DNA of 64,000 nt, taken from NCBI GenBank assembly GCA_021613535.1, contig CP075496.1, forward strand, positions 14,818,001 through 14,882,000, in the 5' to 3' direction. Position 1 is the first letter of the stretch. The number at the start of each line of letters is the position of its first letter. Position numbers and translations under genes: made by a program. This DNA comes from Adineta vaga (Eukaryota > Animalia > Rotifera). Below, piece by piece: positions 14,111 through 26,804 of the stretch. A model generated the notes under the pieces. That model was not told the origin of the DNA, ran no database searches, and was given only the letters and a program-made list of their open reading frames with translations.

Positions 14111-15955
14111 CGCTAGTGATTCTGTTGTTATAACGAGAGATTTGTTTCCGATGAATCTAGCAAAAGACAATAAATCCAATATGTTTTTGCTATACATAAT
14201 ATCAACTTATTAATGTATTTCACTCTATAACCATGTATATTATTATGGGCGACAAAGATAAACAAACTAAACTCATGCAGTCAAAGTTTTATGTTAGAGC
14301 GCGCACTTGATTATCTGGAAATATTTGTTCAACTATTAATTTTTCCCAATAAAGGAAATCGATTGAATAAGAATTCTTAGTCAGATAAATTGAAATGGTT
14401 ACAAAAATATACCAATCAAAGACAGGCGACTTATTTAATTATACTTTGTAGGTATAAGAGAATGGGCGATTATATTGAAATCATTTATCTTTATAGATAG
14501 ACGTGGATTTCTTTTCAACACTAAATGCTTGTCTTCTTTTACATTAAACCATTGAATTCAATCTGGTGAATTCGGTTATATGTGCTTCTTATGTATCTAT
14601 GTTGTCACGTTTTGCCTTTTAGAGTAAATTTTAAGGACAAAATTTTATTATTCATTGCTCTTTTCTATTTTTTTTATAGAATCAAAGGAACTATTTTGGG
14701 TGAGAAAATGATTTTTGTTTCAAGTAGATTCATGTCTTCTTCATGATCTAATGAAGATCGTATTAACAGAAACGATTATACACCTGCAGAATAATCAGAG
14801 ACGTGAATGACTATACAATATGATATGATATCTGGCACATGGACAATTCATCGCAATTGTGTTATAACTGATGAACATTGAAAAAATTCTCTCTTATTAG
14901 TTGACATAGATACAAATATAATTCAATTAACAAGAAAACTACACCATTATCAACAATTCTGTTAGTAATATCAACTAATTTGAAAACATGACACAAAATG
15001 TTTCCAAAGTACAAAAAAGTGAAAAAGAATTTAAACTACGAAAAGAATTTGTTAGACAGATTTTAAAAGGAAAACATTATTTTATCAGACGAAAACTTCA
15101 TTTTGTTCGAAATATGAAGTGGTTTTTCAATATTGTCTATCGAGTAGAGATTCAAGTGAACTTCAGCTCTACAAAAATATTCTGCAAATGAGCTGATAGT
15201 CTTCATCATAGTGCATTTAGTAAATATTCATCTCTTCATTTTAAAATGTTTATTTTTGTGAATAAAAATTCAAAGATTTTTCTTCAAATCCAGATTAGTT
15301 CGCAAAAAAGATGGTTATGTAAAACGAGTATTATCTCCAAATATAGATTTTCGATACACCACAGTTTCAGCTCCTATACTGCTTCTTTTATAGTATACAT
15401 AGTGAATTAGCAAGAACTTCTTTTCTTATTTACACAGCCTTCAATCAAAAACCAATCACAGAAATTATTTTATTTCGTATTGTGAGGTTTTCTTGACCTG
15501 AAATATGTTAACTTTATCTTGTGCGTTGGATTCCATCGATTTTTTGAAAAATTATATTATTTATGTTTTACAAGCATAATCACTTTCATGAGAGGTTTAT
15601 CTCTCTCTCCCTCTACCTGTATATTTTGTTATTCTTGTTATAATTAATTAATTCTGTGACGAATTGTCTAGTCACGATGATATCTAATAAATGCTAGTTC
15701 ATGAACTTTTTTCTATTTTATCGTTCAAATGAATAAAAGAGAAAAATAAAAATATATTTTGTGTATATAGACGTACTTTCTGCACACATGTGTCGTTCGT
15801 TCTTTCATTTACCTTGTCATTTGCTTTCCGATTATATTATGACAAAGAAAGAATATTTTCTTTCATATATGATATAAAAACAAGGTCACATGTGCCTTTT
15901 CTTTATTTAACTTATATAGACTATCTAGATCATCTGTGTAAAGCAAAAAAATTCA

Positions 15956-16886
15956 ATGCCCAATGGAACAACTGAAGATAGGTTAGATGCTTGTTGCGTA
16001 ACTGAATATCGTCCATTACCAGGAACCCCACGGGGACAAATAATTAAAATTGCCGACGTTGATACTTATTTTATTGAAGGAAATGATCAAAAATCAAAAG
16101 GAAAAATTATTGTTATACTAACCGACGTATTTGGTTTAGTGAAAAATCCACGTCTTATTGCTGATGAACTCTCGGGAAAAAGTGATATGGATGTTTATGT
16201 ACCAGATGTATTTAATGGCGATGCAGTTCATTCGTCCTTTATGAAAGATCTACCTGAAGTGCCTGGAGAAAAGAAATCGATCGGTGCAAAAGTAAATTTT
16301 ATATAAAAAATCATATGAAAAACGACATTTTCTTTTTGTGATTTAGCTGAGTCTTGCACGAAAACTATTGACAGAAGTAGGACCATGGATATTTCGACAT
16401 CGTCAAGCTGTTACTCTTCCAATCGTTGAAAAATTCTTCAAAGTATATTTTTATATGAATTTTCTTGTTAAATTCAATGAAGTTTGTTTTTTCTAGGCGC
16501 TTCGTACAGAAAGAAATGCAACGCGAATTCAATCGGTTGGTTATTGTTTTGGTGGTCTTTATACATTGTTAGTTGGAGGTCCATTTCATCTTGCAGATGC
16601 CATTGTTGGTTGTCATCTTTCATTAACCAATAAAAGTCATTTTGAACAATTACAAGTACCAGCAGCTTTTGCTTGTGCACAAGAAGACGATCAATTTCCA
16701 GATTCTCTTCGAACAGAAGCACAACAGATTCTTTCGCGGAAATCCGACATACCAAGTAAATTTGTGTTATTCGATGGAACGGTACATGGTTTTGCTTCTC
16801 GACCAAACCCAGACAATCCTACCATTATGGCAGCATTCAAACAAGCCAATGATTTGATTGTAGAATGGGCTAAAACTCATCTTTAA
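15956..16886 (+). CDS. Dienelactone hydrolase family protein (273 aa, 3 exons)
   Basis: Exons 15956-16291, 16347-16442 and 16497-16886 splice in frame. Motifs LTDVFG, VYVPDVF, GYCFGG (Cys nucleophile), AQEDDQF and GTVHGFASR; fungal-type N-terminus CC...GTPRG. Confidence 0.9.
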
Positions 16887-18807
16887 CTATCATAATTCGT
16901 TAAGTTTATAACGACGAGACTACCAAGATCTGTTCTTATCTATACTGTATTTTAAATACATCTATATCTATTAGTTGTATGAAATAGAATCGTGGATAAA
17001 AAGCGTCGATGTTATCGATAAAAAACCATTCTCATTGTCGAAATCTATGTTTGTAGCATTTTTTATAACTGAAATAATCATATACGGTCAGAAGATAGAC
17101 ACACGATTGAGATAAGACTCCGATGACATTTATATCATAGACTTCTTATGATTAAAATGATTCTACAAACAATGGAATTTAATGGATTTGAATTTTTCTT
17201 TGTTTTGAAAGTTTTACAATTAAATTGAATGAACTAGAATATGAGGATTAAAGAATATAAAAAATAGATCAAACATAATGTATCATGAAAATATTATGTA
17301 GTTCGGTGATACCTATAATGAATTGTAAAGTATTATCTAAAGAAATATGTTCAAACTAGAACTAATACCGAAATCGACATACGTTTCAACGTATTATTCG
17401 AGTTAATGTTCATAGCATTTTGTATAATGCATTGAAAAGCAACGCATTCATGAACATTATTCACGGTTGAGTTTGCAGAGCAGATCTAAAAAAAAGGTGT
17501 CAAAGCGAACCATAAAGAGTTCTGAAAATGATATCGAAAAAAGGTTCGCCGGTATGACATCGTTGTTTTAGAAAATATAATGATGTAGTTCTAAGAATAG
17601 TATTGAGGATTCATATATAAAAATATATGTAAGTATGAGAGTATACTTATGAGAATATAGATATAAGGAGGTAAGTACAAGAGTAGAATAGTTCTTCTGT
17701 GGGTTTAAGCAGTGATAAAGTTAAGGGGTAGGAAAACCAGATTCGAAAAATAGTTAAAACGATTACATTATATGGAATTGTGAACCCATTGTAGTGAGAA
17801 ATAGGTGAGAAGTATTACATCGAATTGCAACACGTCTCAGTTAGTTCAATATATAGAAAAACATTATTCAATGGAAAATGTAGTCAACTGCTTACGAAAC
17901 TAGTATAACTCATTTTATTTATATTGAAAGGATGACTAAGATGATTCATTATTTGATAAGGTCTTATATATAAAGTTCTCTGAGTCTGTCTCTCCCTCAA
18001 TGCTGGACAGGAAAAAAAACGTCGTATATTCTGTAAACTTTTGAGACTTAATGATGGAATAGAAGAATCAAGAATCGTCTAGAATGAGTGAAGATACGAT
18101 AAGAGAAGTAACACTGTCATTAACATATCATTTATTTATTATCATCGTTATTCATTTTGAGAATGGATATGAATGCGGGTAATCAAAAGTTAAGGACATA
18201 TCCATTCATCGTCACGATGATTCAATGGTATTTGACGTTTCGAATTGCGATTCTTTCTAGTAAAAATATATTTTACATTGACGTCATTATTTAATTATAT
18301 TCTTCACGTTTTATCTTCCACTTCACGAAAGAAGAGAATAGAATGCGACAGGGAACGGTGTACTGCGTGATTAATTATTCATCGTTGAGAAAAACAAGGA
18401 TCTTTTAACAATCGTTTACATGCTGAATATGATGAACGAATTCAATTTGATGTTTTTTTTATCATATTCGACATGAAAACAATTAATCAAACATTTTTGT
18501 TACTTATACGTAGTACAAAACTCTTCGTCTATAACTATCTGATAGATAAAATATAAATATTTCTTCTAAACCTTGAAAGGTACAAGCATTTCTTTTCGTC
18601 ACCATTATTATTAACGAAAATATTTTTATAATAGAAATCTTTTCTGTTTACTTATTTTTTTCTATGAAGAATGCAACAGAATATACTCATTTTACCTTGT
18701 CAATTTCAATAGAACATTAAAAAAATCCATTTATATAAATACAAATGCATTTATACGACCGAGAAAATCTTTCTTGACTTTTTCTCTCAGCATTCAAATA
18801 CGCAAAC

Positions 18808-19820
18808 ATGTACAAAGTTCTAATAGTATTAACTATGATTTTATTTTTCGATTTCGGTGATGCTGAGTAAGTACAAACGACTTAAATATTCTTATAAAAA
18901 AGAATTGTTCAATCTAAATTTATCATTTTTTTTAGTTTAAATCAATCATAATCGTGCACAACAAATTCGATTTGGAGTCAGAATGAATTGACTGTAGCAA
19001 GTGGTGGTGGTAATGATACTATAAATGGAGGATTTACACCATTCGATTTTGCACTCGATAGTTAATATAATGTCTATGTTACTGATTCAGATCATACGCG
19101 AATATTAATGTTTCCAAATAATTACATAATTGGTCAAATTCCAACTACAGTTTTGTCTAATGCTACATGTAAAGCTCTATTTATTGATCGTTATGATAAT
19201 TTATATTTCGTTGATCTTGGCTCAGTGAAAATATTTAATCGTACTAATGGAAATGTGACACTCTTTACTAATTCTTATTACGATAAAAATTTCGGAGGGA
19301 TCCAGCCATTAGTTTTTCCATCTGATCTATACGTTGATGCGAGTTCAAGATTATATGCATTAGACAGCTCAGCTAGAGTGATACGATATTTACCTGAACA
19401 ACCGAATAATGGTACTTTTCTTGATGATCGTGATCATGGACTGGGCATTGCACAATGTATTTTCATCAATGAAGCTGATAATAATGCATTTTATACCTGT
19501 AATTCGATTCCAACAATAACAAAATTTACAAATGATAGATCAAATTGGACAATTGTACTTGATGGTAGAATGACTGTAGACAATACTAGTCTAAATGGAT
19601 CATTGTCTTTTGATTCAGTAATAGTTGATTCACTTCATCAACAATTATATATATCGGATACTAAAAATCGTCGTATTACTCAATGGTCATTATCTAATAA
19701 CACACAAACAGGACAAATTATCATTCAATTTTCGAACACGACGGAACCAAAAAGAATAAGACTCGATAAAGATAAAAATTTGTATGTTGCCGTCATTGAT
19801 CAACTGTTATGACAACATTA

Positions 19821-19854
<34 letters not shown>

Positions 19855-20000
19855 TCACCAGTACTTCAACTGTAACTACAACAACAACTTCTAATAGTAC
19901 TTCTACTGCTGCTATCAACTCAGTTGTTTGGAATATTACCACATCTTCTATCATTCTATCGATCACGATGATTTTAAATTATTTATATTTTGCGATTTAA
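18808..20000 (+). pseudogene. Secreted or surface NHL-repeat beta-propeller protein with Thr-rich stalk and hydrophobic C-terminus; disrupted
   Basis: Signal-peptide exon MYKVLIVLTMILFFDFGDA, intron 18867-18935, in-frame TAA at 18949 and 19063. NHL motifs (FIDRYDNLYFVD, LYISDTKNRRITQW). Frame change near 19810 precedes an (ACT)n poly-Thr stretch and a hydrophobic tail. Confidence 0.75.
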
Positions 20001-20195
20001 TAACATTTGAAGCATTATATAAATTTCTAATAATTGTATCATCAATTGTAATGTAATTTTCACATTTGTTTTTCTTTCATATTCAATAAAAGTAAACTGT
20101 TTGAAACTTTCATTAATCATCGTTTCGTATCTGGATTGGAGTACGTGTTATGACAACTCTGTTCATTCCACCGTCTCAGTAGATTTACTAGATAA

Positions 20196-20269
20196 AAATC
20201 TTGAGGGTGTGGGTGTGAATGTAGGTGAGAATAAAGATATTATAAGACTCACACATACCCTCAAGATTT
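20196..20269. repeat. Telomere-repeat-like mini hairpin
   Basis: AAATCTTGAGGGTGTGGGTGTGA...TCACACATACCCTCAAGATTT. Confidence 0.85.
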
Positions 20270-20489
20270 CATTCTTAACAAAATGAACTGTTTGGCTCTG
20301 ATTTTTGTATTCAAAGGTAATTCCTGAGTTCTTATGAAGTTCCCAATTTACTGCACAGAATATGAACTTCCACATCGATGTATCGAGCTCGCCGTCGAAT
20401 AAAAGACTTGACAATACCGAGGAGACTAACACTTCAGAAAATCAAATCATATCGGAATATGTAAAGCGTTTTAAAACTGAGTAGGAAGA

Positions 20490-20884
20490 AAGGTGTATCA
20501 CAGCGTTATGTTTCAATTTTCATTTTTTTTTCGAATGGAAACGATTGAAGGAAAATTTCTTTCAGCATTAGAAAGCTCATCCGGAGTCTCACAGAACTGT
20601 CTCTTCTGATATTTTATTTGAATACTTTATCTTTTGTGAAAAGTGAGAAGGAAAGAACTGTACTGCGAGTTTACAGTCCTTTTATATCACAGCGTTACGT
20701 AACTATGAAACACTTCTTGCCTAGACTCTAGACTTGAATCGAAACTATTGATTTTCTTAACATATATAAAGTTAAATGGACTACATTCAATAACCTTTTA
20801 ACGAGCGCTCCAGCCTTTATAGTTCTTGAGAAAATTGAAAAATATTATGTCAATATGTCACAACGTTACGTTTGGACAAGCCTT
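20490..20884. mobile_element. One end of a non-autonomous Sola2-like element
   Basis: Ends in GGACAAGCC, like the TIR of the Sola2 at 51614-54681. Three dispersed (A/G)TCACA(G/A)CGTTA(C/T)G subterminal repeats. The other end was not found. Confidence 0.4.
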
Positions 20885-21346
20885 ATATCGAGCATATCAA
20901 TATAATGAACTGCAAATATTTCATAAAAAGTACAATGATATTCTTCCTCCATCTTTTCGCAACGATATGTGAATAATATATTACGATATAGAGGATGTTA
21001 GGCAAGACTTATTCATAGAATATCCACACCGTCTCCATAAGTTATCTTTTTCGATAAAAACTTAAAGCGCAATACGTGACATTATTCTTGTTCAGTCAAA
21101 ACTAGTCAAGTTCGTCATCAGTACACATACACACATATGTTTATTCAAATTAAATTTCCTTCCCAGAAACAATACATCGAATAAAACAAAACAAAAATAC
21201 TAATTGTTGATGTTGCATAGATGATTGAATTAGATATTCATATTTTAGAAATAATGTCTGAGTATGTGTGTGTGTTTCCCATAGTCACTAAAATAAGAAA
21301 AAGTAGAAAATAAACTCTCTAAATCTTTCATATTCATACCGATGTT

Positions 21347-21538
21347 TTAGTTGCAATAACAATATGTATTTCCATCATTGCATTTATATCCATAAGCATT
21401 TGGATCTTCACATCCAATAGCATCACAATATGTAAAATCATCAACACATCGAATATTAGCAGCATTGGATACCATGACAGTAGTTGCCATGAATACAACA
21501 TAGAAAAGAAAACAAATAGTTTTCATAATACTAACCAT
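21347..21538 (-). CDS. Small secreted six-cysteine peptide (defensin-like), copy 1
   Basis: 63 aa: hydrophobic signal peptide, then C-x6-C-x4-C-x9-C-x6-C-x-C; TATA box upstream. Confidence 0.75.
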   Translation of the reverse strand: MVSIMKTICFLFYVVFMATTVMVSNAANIRCVDDFTYCDAIGCEDPNAYGYKCNDGNTYCYCN

Positions 21539-23065
21539 TGTTATATTATTAATATTGTTAATATTGAATATACGATATAATGATTTTTTCCTCTATCGAT
21601 TCGTGCCTTATATAGGAAGTTTGATTATCATCTGTCAAACGTCTCATCCATCTATTTCACAAAAAAAAATGATTATCCAATGAAAATGTGAAATAAGGTG
21701 GGCATAGTAATAGTTATTTTCGTTACAATGAGAATGAAATCATCTGTCTTGAAATTGGATTGGTCAAGTAATGTGATCGTTTCCATCTGGAGAGCGACAT
21801 TATCTACATACAAATATTCTTCATTGGATAATATTGAAAAAGTGCGTTCTTATTCTATTTCAAATATTCTTATGTCATACGTGTCAAAATCAAAAAATTT
21901 ATTTTAAGATTTTTACTCTACAAGCTCGAGAATGCAAATATAAATAAAAGAGTTGTTTACGAATTCTTTTTATCTTTTTATAGATCTACTAATTCATATG
22001 TATCAAGATCAACACTAAATCTTATCAAAGATAATTTAAAGTCGTGTTTGTATACTATATATATATGGTAAAAGAGCATTTGAATTTAATTGTACACATG
22101 AATAAAATGTTGTAAAAGGGAAACATAAAATCTATTCATTTCATTATAAGATAACGGTTTATCGGCATATTTAACGGGAAAAAATCAATAGATATTGTCT
22201 AAAACGTCCATTTATTTCATTTTTGATTGCTACTTTGCATATCGCTCAATTAATTTTTGAAAAATATACCTTCACATATCAGTGACGATATAGAATTTGT
22301 TATGATAGTTTTTATTAAAATGATCGCATAAAAATAAAATGAAGATATAGATTGTAATTAGAAGTTTCATTCGTTCTTTTCGTGTTCAAGTCACTTCTCT
22401 TATTATCGGCGAAGCAGATCCGTCGTCTATGAAAATTTGTCATTATGTGAACTTCTATGAACTCTAGGAATTGACGAAAAACTCAATTGATCGATAGAAT
22501 CTTAAAGTTTCAACTTTAAATAAATGAGTCTTTCTGTCAATTGAAATTGCGATCAGATTGAAGAAGATACATTCAGAAATTTAAACAAAAAAAACAGAAA
22601 AAAATCGTTATATGATGGAAAACACAAAAGTTTTTAAATATACAATATAAAAATAAGTCGACGAGTAAAAGATAATTCATCGGTTATTTCATTTCAAATT
22701 TTATTTTATATTTCTGCTCAATATTAGATTTTTCATAAGAACTTTGAATTAAAAGTTTGTAGAGTAAAAATCTTAAAATAAATTTTTTGATTTTGACACG
22801 TATGACATAAGAATATTTGAAATAGAATAAGAACGCACTTTTTCAATATTATCCAATGAAGAATATTTGTATGTAGATAATGTCGCTCTCCAGATGGAAA
22901 CGATCACATTACTTGACCAATCCAATTTCAAGACAGATGATTTCATTCTCATTGTAACGAAAATAACTATTACTATGCCCACCTTATTTCACATTTTCAT
23001 TGGATAATCATTTTTTTTTGTGAAATAGATGGATGAGACGTTTGACAGATGATAATCAAACTTCC

Positions 23066-23072
23066 TATATAA
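23066..23072 (+). promoter_or_regulatory. TATA box of the peptide gene (mirrored at 21608-21614 on the minus strand)
   Basis: CCTATATAAGG about 70 nt upstream of the ATG at 23142. Confidence 0.55.
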
Positions 23073-23141
23073 GGCACGAATCGATAGAGGAAAAAATCAT
23101 TATATCGTATATTCAATATTAACAATATTAATAATATAACA

Positions 23142-23333
23142 ATGGTTAGTATTATGAAAACTATTTGTTTTCTTTTCTATGTTGTATTCATGGCAACTAC
23201 TGTCATGGTATCCAATGCTGCTAATATTCGATGTGTTGATGATTTTACATATTGTGATGCTATTGGATGTGAAGATCCAAATGCTTATGGATATAAATGC
23301 AATGATGGAAATACATATTGTTATTGCAACTAA
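23142..23333 (+). CDS. Small secreted six-cysteine peptide (defensin-like), copy 2
   Basis: Identical protein to 21347-21538. Confidence 0.75.
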   Translation: MVSIMKTICFLFYVVFMATTVMVSNAANIRCVDDFTYCDAIGCEDPNAYGYKCNDGNTYCYCN

Positions 23334-24862
23334 AACATCGGTATGAATATGAAAGATTTAGAGAGTTTATTTTCTACTTTTTCTTATTTTAGTGACTATG
23401 GGAAACACACACACATACTCAGACATTATTTCTAAAATATGAATATCTAATTCAATCATCTATGCAACATCAACAATTAGTATTTTTGTTTTGTTTTATT
23501 CGATGTATTGTTTCTGGGAAGGAAATTTAATTTGAATAAACATATGTGTGTATGTGTACTGATGACGAACTTGACTAGTTTTGACTGAATAAGAATAATG
23601 TCACGTATTGCGCTTTAAGTTTTTATCGAAAAAGATAACTTATGGAAATAATATGAGACTAATATTTGAGGATTTATCTATTTTCTACAACGTGATGATT
23701 TGTTTTTCTTGATCAAAATCATGTAATAGAAATGTAAGTTGTGGTATATAGTTTGAATACTATATGAATTGTCGAAAAGTTTTACGAGAAAGAAAGAAAT
23801 ATGTCTTGGTCGCAAATGTTGACAAGAAAATGCTTCTGTGTGAAGTATTAGAATTGTATCGTGAAATAAGGAATAAATACTAGAATGTGTGTCTGAGTCC
23901 TCACATCTGATATTTCTTCTATCATTGCTAACTTCTGCGTATTTTCTAATGTCTTCAACTGATGTGAATTACCCTAAAATCTTCCGTATCTCATATTTCT
24001 GTTTTTCCAGGATATTCTAAGAAAATCCGTACAACTTTAACAGCAAGAATAAAACTCGTTTTATAATTAAAATAAGACTGTAGTTGAATAACTATAGTCT
24101 TCTAGTATGATTATTTTTAATGATAATTTTGAAAAAAGGAACAAAAGGGAGGTGAATAAAATATGTTTAGTGTCCATTTATAGAGAATGAGACTGATATT
24201 ATCCATACTGTCCTAATTCCACGTGCCAAGAGAACGAGTAAGTATTATAAATTAGTGTCATTGAACGAAAACCGATAGCGACAAATTCTATATCCTAGAT
24301 GGCTTTGAAAATCCATAGTACAGTAGATTTAGTATCGAGTTTTACAAAAAAAAGGGTACGGATCAGAAGAACGCTCAGACTCAAACCCTCAAATATTTCT
24401 TATTTTCTTGACTGTCTCGATGCAATTCATACTTAGACTATTTCCATGCCGAGCAATAGCCATTATACAGCGACCTAGAGATGTGTTGGTTTCATACAAT
24501 AGCCTGTTAACAGTGGAAAATTCGCATCGAGCACCACAACCTCGGTGAGAGTGTGAATGTCTCTTTTGTATTAACATTCACACACTTCAACCATTTATGA
24601 ATCTGGTAAAAGTAAGATCAAAGGATATAAACGACAGAAATAACTTTAGCTGCATTAACTATGATTGATAAAGCGGTCAAATCTAAACTCAACTGAGAAG
24701 ATGTTTTACTCTTATGTATTCTTTTTCATTCTTCTTACTTTCTATATAAATTTAATATAAATGTAAAAGGTTTTTAGTACTATTGTTTTGTTGTAAACTA
24801 TGTAATGGAACGGCGAAGTCAAAAAGTTAATGACAAGTATAGCATAAGATAAATAATTAGTA

Positions 24863-24914
24863 AGAGTATGGGTGTGAGCCAAGGTATCTTTTCCTCGCCC
24901 ATACCCACCCTAGA
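24863..24914. repeat. Telomere-repeat-like mini hairpin (degenerate)
   Basis: AGAGTATGGGTGTGAG...CTCGCCCATACCCACCCTAGA; a related degenerate copy lies at 24544-24592. Confidence 0.6.
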
Positions 24915-25820
24915 AAATGCGCTTATTTATAATTGATAAAAACGCATTGGATTGTATAAATTAACATGTAATAACGCAATAAAGCTCAACACAACAAAAC
25001 ACATTTTATATGTGTACTCGAATTAGGGATGCTACTTTTTTAGACACGTGAAATTGTCATTCTAATCGTATCACTCCACTCTTGCCACTAATAAAGATAA
25101 AATAATAATGTTTCTGCATCGGTAATGATGTTAACCAACAGACTTTTATGAAAAAAAATTCTATATGCAAAGCGCTAAAGGCAAATTTATTTGCTTTCTT
25201 TTGTTTAAATTTCATTTTAACAAGGATTAATAATTTCACAGTGAAAACGCACATTTGAGACAAATTCACCCATTTTTCATCTGTTTCTCATTCTTACTTT
25301 AGCTTTGAAGTAAAATCTATTCTCAGACTAAATGTGTCCAATTATATTTTATATTTTCATGTATCATCCTAATTTTTGAAAAATGTCATGCATAGAAGGA
25401 ATGTTCGTAACATCTGAGAGTATACTGATAAACATGTTTATTGTCATGAAAATGTCGTAACTTCTCATAAAATAGGTATATTTACTCTATTAGACCTTTG
25501 TGTGGTCAGTTATTACAGAAAGAAATCTTTCTTTATTATTTATTTTATTTTTATCTTGTAAACATAAGAATTGCAGGAACATTTAATAAAGAAAAAGTGG
25601 ATTAACCTCGTTGAATTCTCATTGGCTTTTCATATACGTCTTCCTGAAAGAATCTTTCAGCATGTTAATATCCTGTCAACATGGGTAATCTTTCTTACTT
25701 CAAGATACAGAAGATTCCTGACTTTTCACTTAAGAACGATTAGAAAAAAGACACCATAGTGTTGTCAAAAATGGCATAAACACCTTACAATAGTATATTA
25801 ACCACACGATTACAATTTTA

Positions 25821-26804
25821 ATGGTCGATTCAGCCGCAGAACTACTTTTTCAAGTAACGAAAGTTATCTTACCTATGATTATTTTCTGTAGCGTAGTCGG
25901 CAATTCATTCAACATTGCTGTACTTACCCGACACACTTTGTTTAAGCATCCATGTTCTCATTATCTTCTCACCTGTTCCATCGACAATATATTCTACATG
26001 GGTGTCATTGTATTGTATCAATTTTGGATTCAAAACTATATAGTGGATCTTACTAAAAATTCTATTGTTTCGTGTAAACTTTTCAATTTCATCAGTACAT
26101 TAAGTATTACCGTATCTCCATATTTTCTTGTACTAGCTTCAATAGATCGATATTTTAATAGTTCAAATATTGCCTGGAAAAGAAGACTCAGTACTATACG
26201 TGTAGCTCGATGGATGATAGGCTTTGTCAGCGCATTCAATTTGTTATTGGCCTTAAATTTTCTGTCAGTAGACACTATATACAAACATGAAACGCTGGAA
26301 TGTATACTTTTACCTACTTCAATATACCAATTGGTGACTATTATGGTGATTAGTGTTAGTTATTCACTTGTTACACCTTGTTTGATGGTAATTTTTGGTA
26401 TTCTTATTATATGGAATGTGAGCCGAGCTCGTGTTTCTCCTATCGTAATTTCGCCGTATCGTCGCAATGGAATGCAAATGGCTCGGATGCTTCTAATGCA
26501 AATCGCCGCATACATTATTTGCAATTCAATTGGAACTATTCTTTATGTAATTTCATTTATCATACCATCGATAGTAACCACACTTGAGTATCAAATAGCA
26601 ACAAACGTCAGTTATCTTATGTACTATGTTTCTTATGCCACGCCATTTTTCTTACACATTCTTTCGGCTCAAGTGTATAGGAAGGAATTCATTAAGCTTA
26701 TGCGTAAAGCATTTCGATGCAGTGATATAATTCAAGTTCATCAAATAACAGTTCAACGAACTAATCCTACGGTTGATCAAGTGATTCGAGTTCCAAGAGA
26801 ATAA
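25821..26804 (+). CDS. Class A (rhodopsin-like) GPCR, intronless
   Basis: 327 aa with 7 hydrophobic segments, GN in TM1, Cys at the top of TM3, SIDRY, and a TM7/helix-8 stretch (PFFLHILSAQVYRKEF). Confidence 0.9.
   Translation: MVDSAAELLFQVTKVILPMIIFCSVVGNSFNIAVLTRHTLFKHPCSHYLLTCSIDNIFYMGVIVLYQFWIQNYIVDLTKNSIVSCKLFNFISTLSITVSPYFLVLASIDRYFNSSNIAWKRRLSTIRVARWMIGFVSAFNLLLALNFLSVDTIYKHETLECILLPTSIYQLVTIMVISVSYSLVTPCLMVIFGILIIWNVSRARVSPIVISPYRRNGMQMARMLLMQIAAYIICNSIGTILYVISFIIPSIVTTLEYQIATNVSYLMYYVSYATPFFLHILSAQVYRKEFIKLMRKAFRCSDIIQVHQITVQRTNPTVDQVIRVPRE

Larger units (their letters stand above)
21034..23646. repeat. Inverted duplication: 890-bp arms (21034-21923 and 22757-23646) around an 833-bp unique spacer
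   Basis: The arms are reverse complements; only one mismatch was seen (21090/23590). Mirrored ORFs are identical. Confidence 0.95.

Noticed and set aside
18949-19065. TAA reassigned to Gln (ciliate-like code) in the NHL gene
   Set aside because: TAA terminates intact genes in this window (DLH, GPCRs, peptides), and the gene also has a frame change.
21698-22982. Mirrored 69-aa ORFs in the palindrome arms
   Set aside because: GTG starts, no recognisable motif, and they overlap the upstream region of the peptide genes; they are duplicated only because of the inverted repeat.
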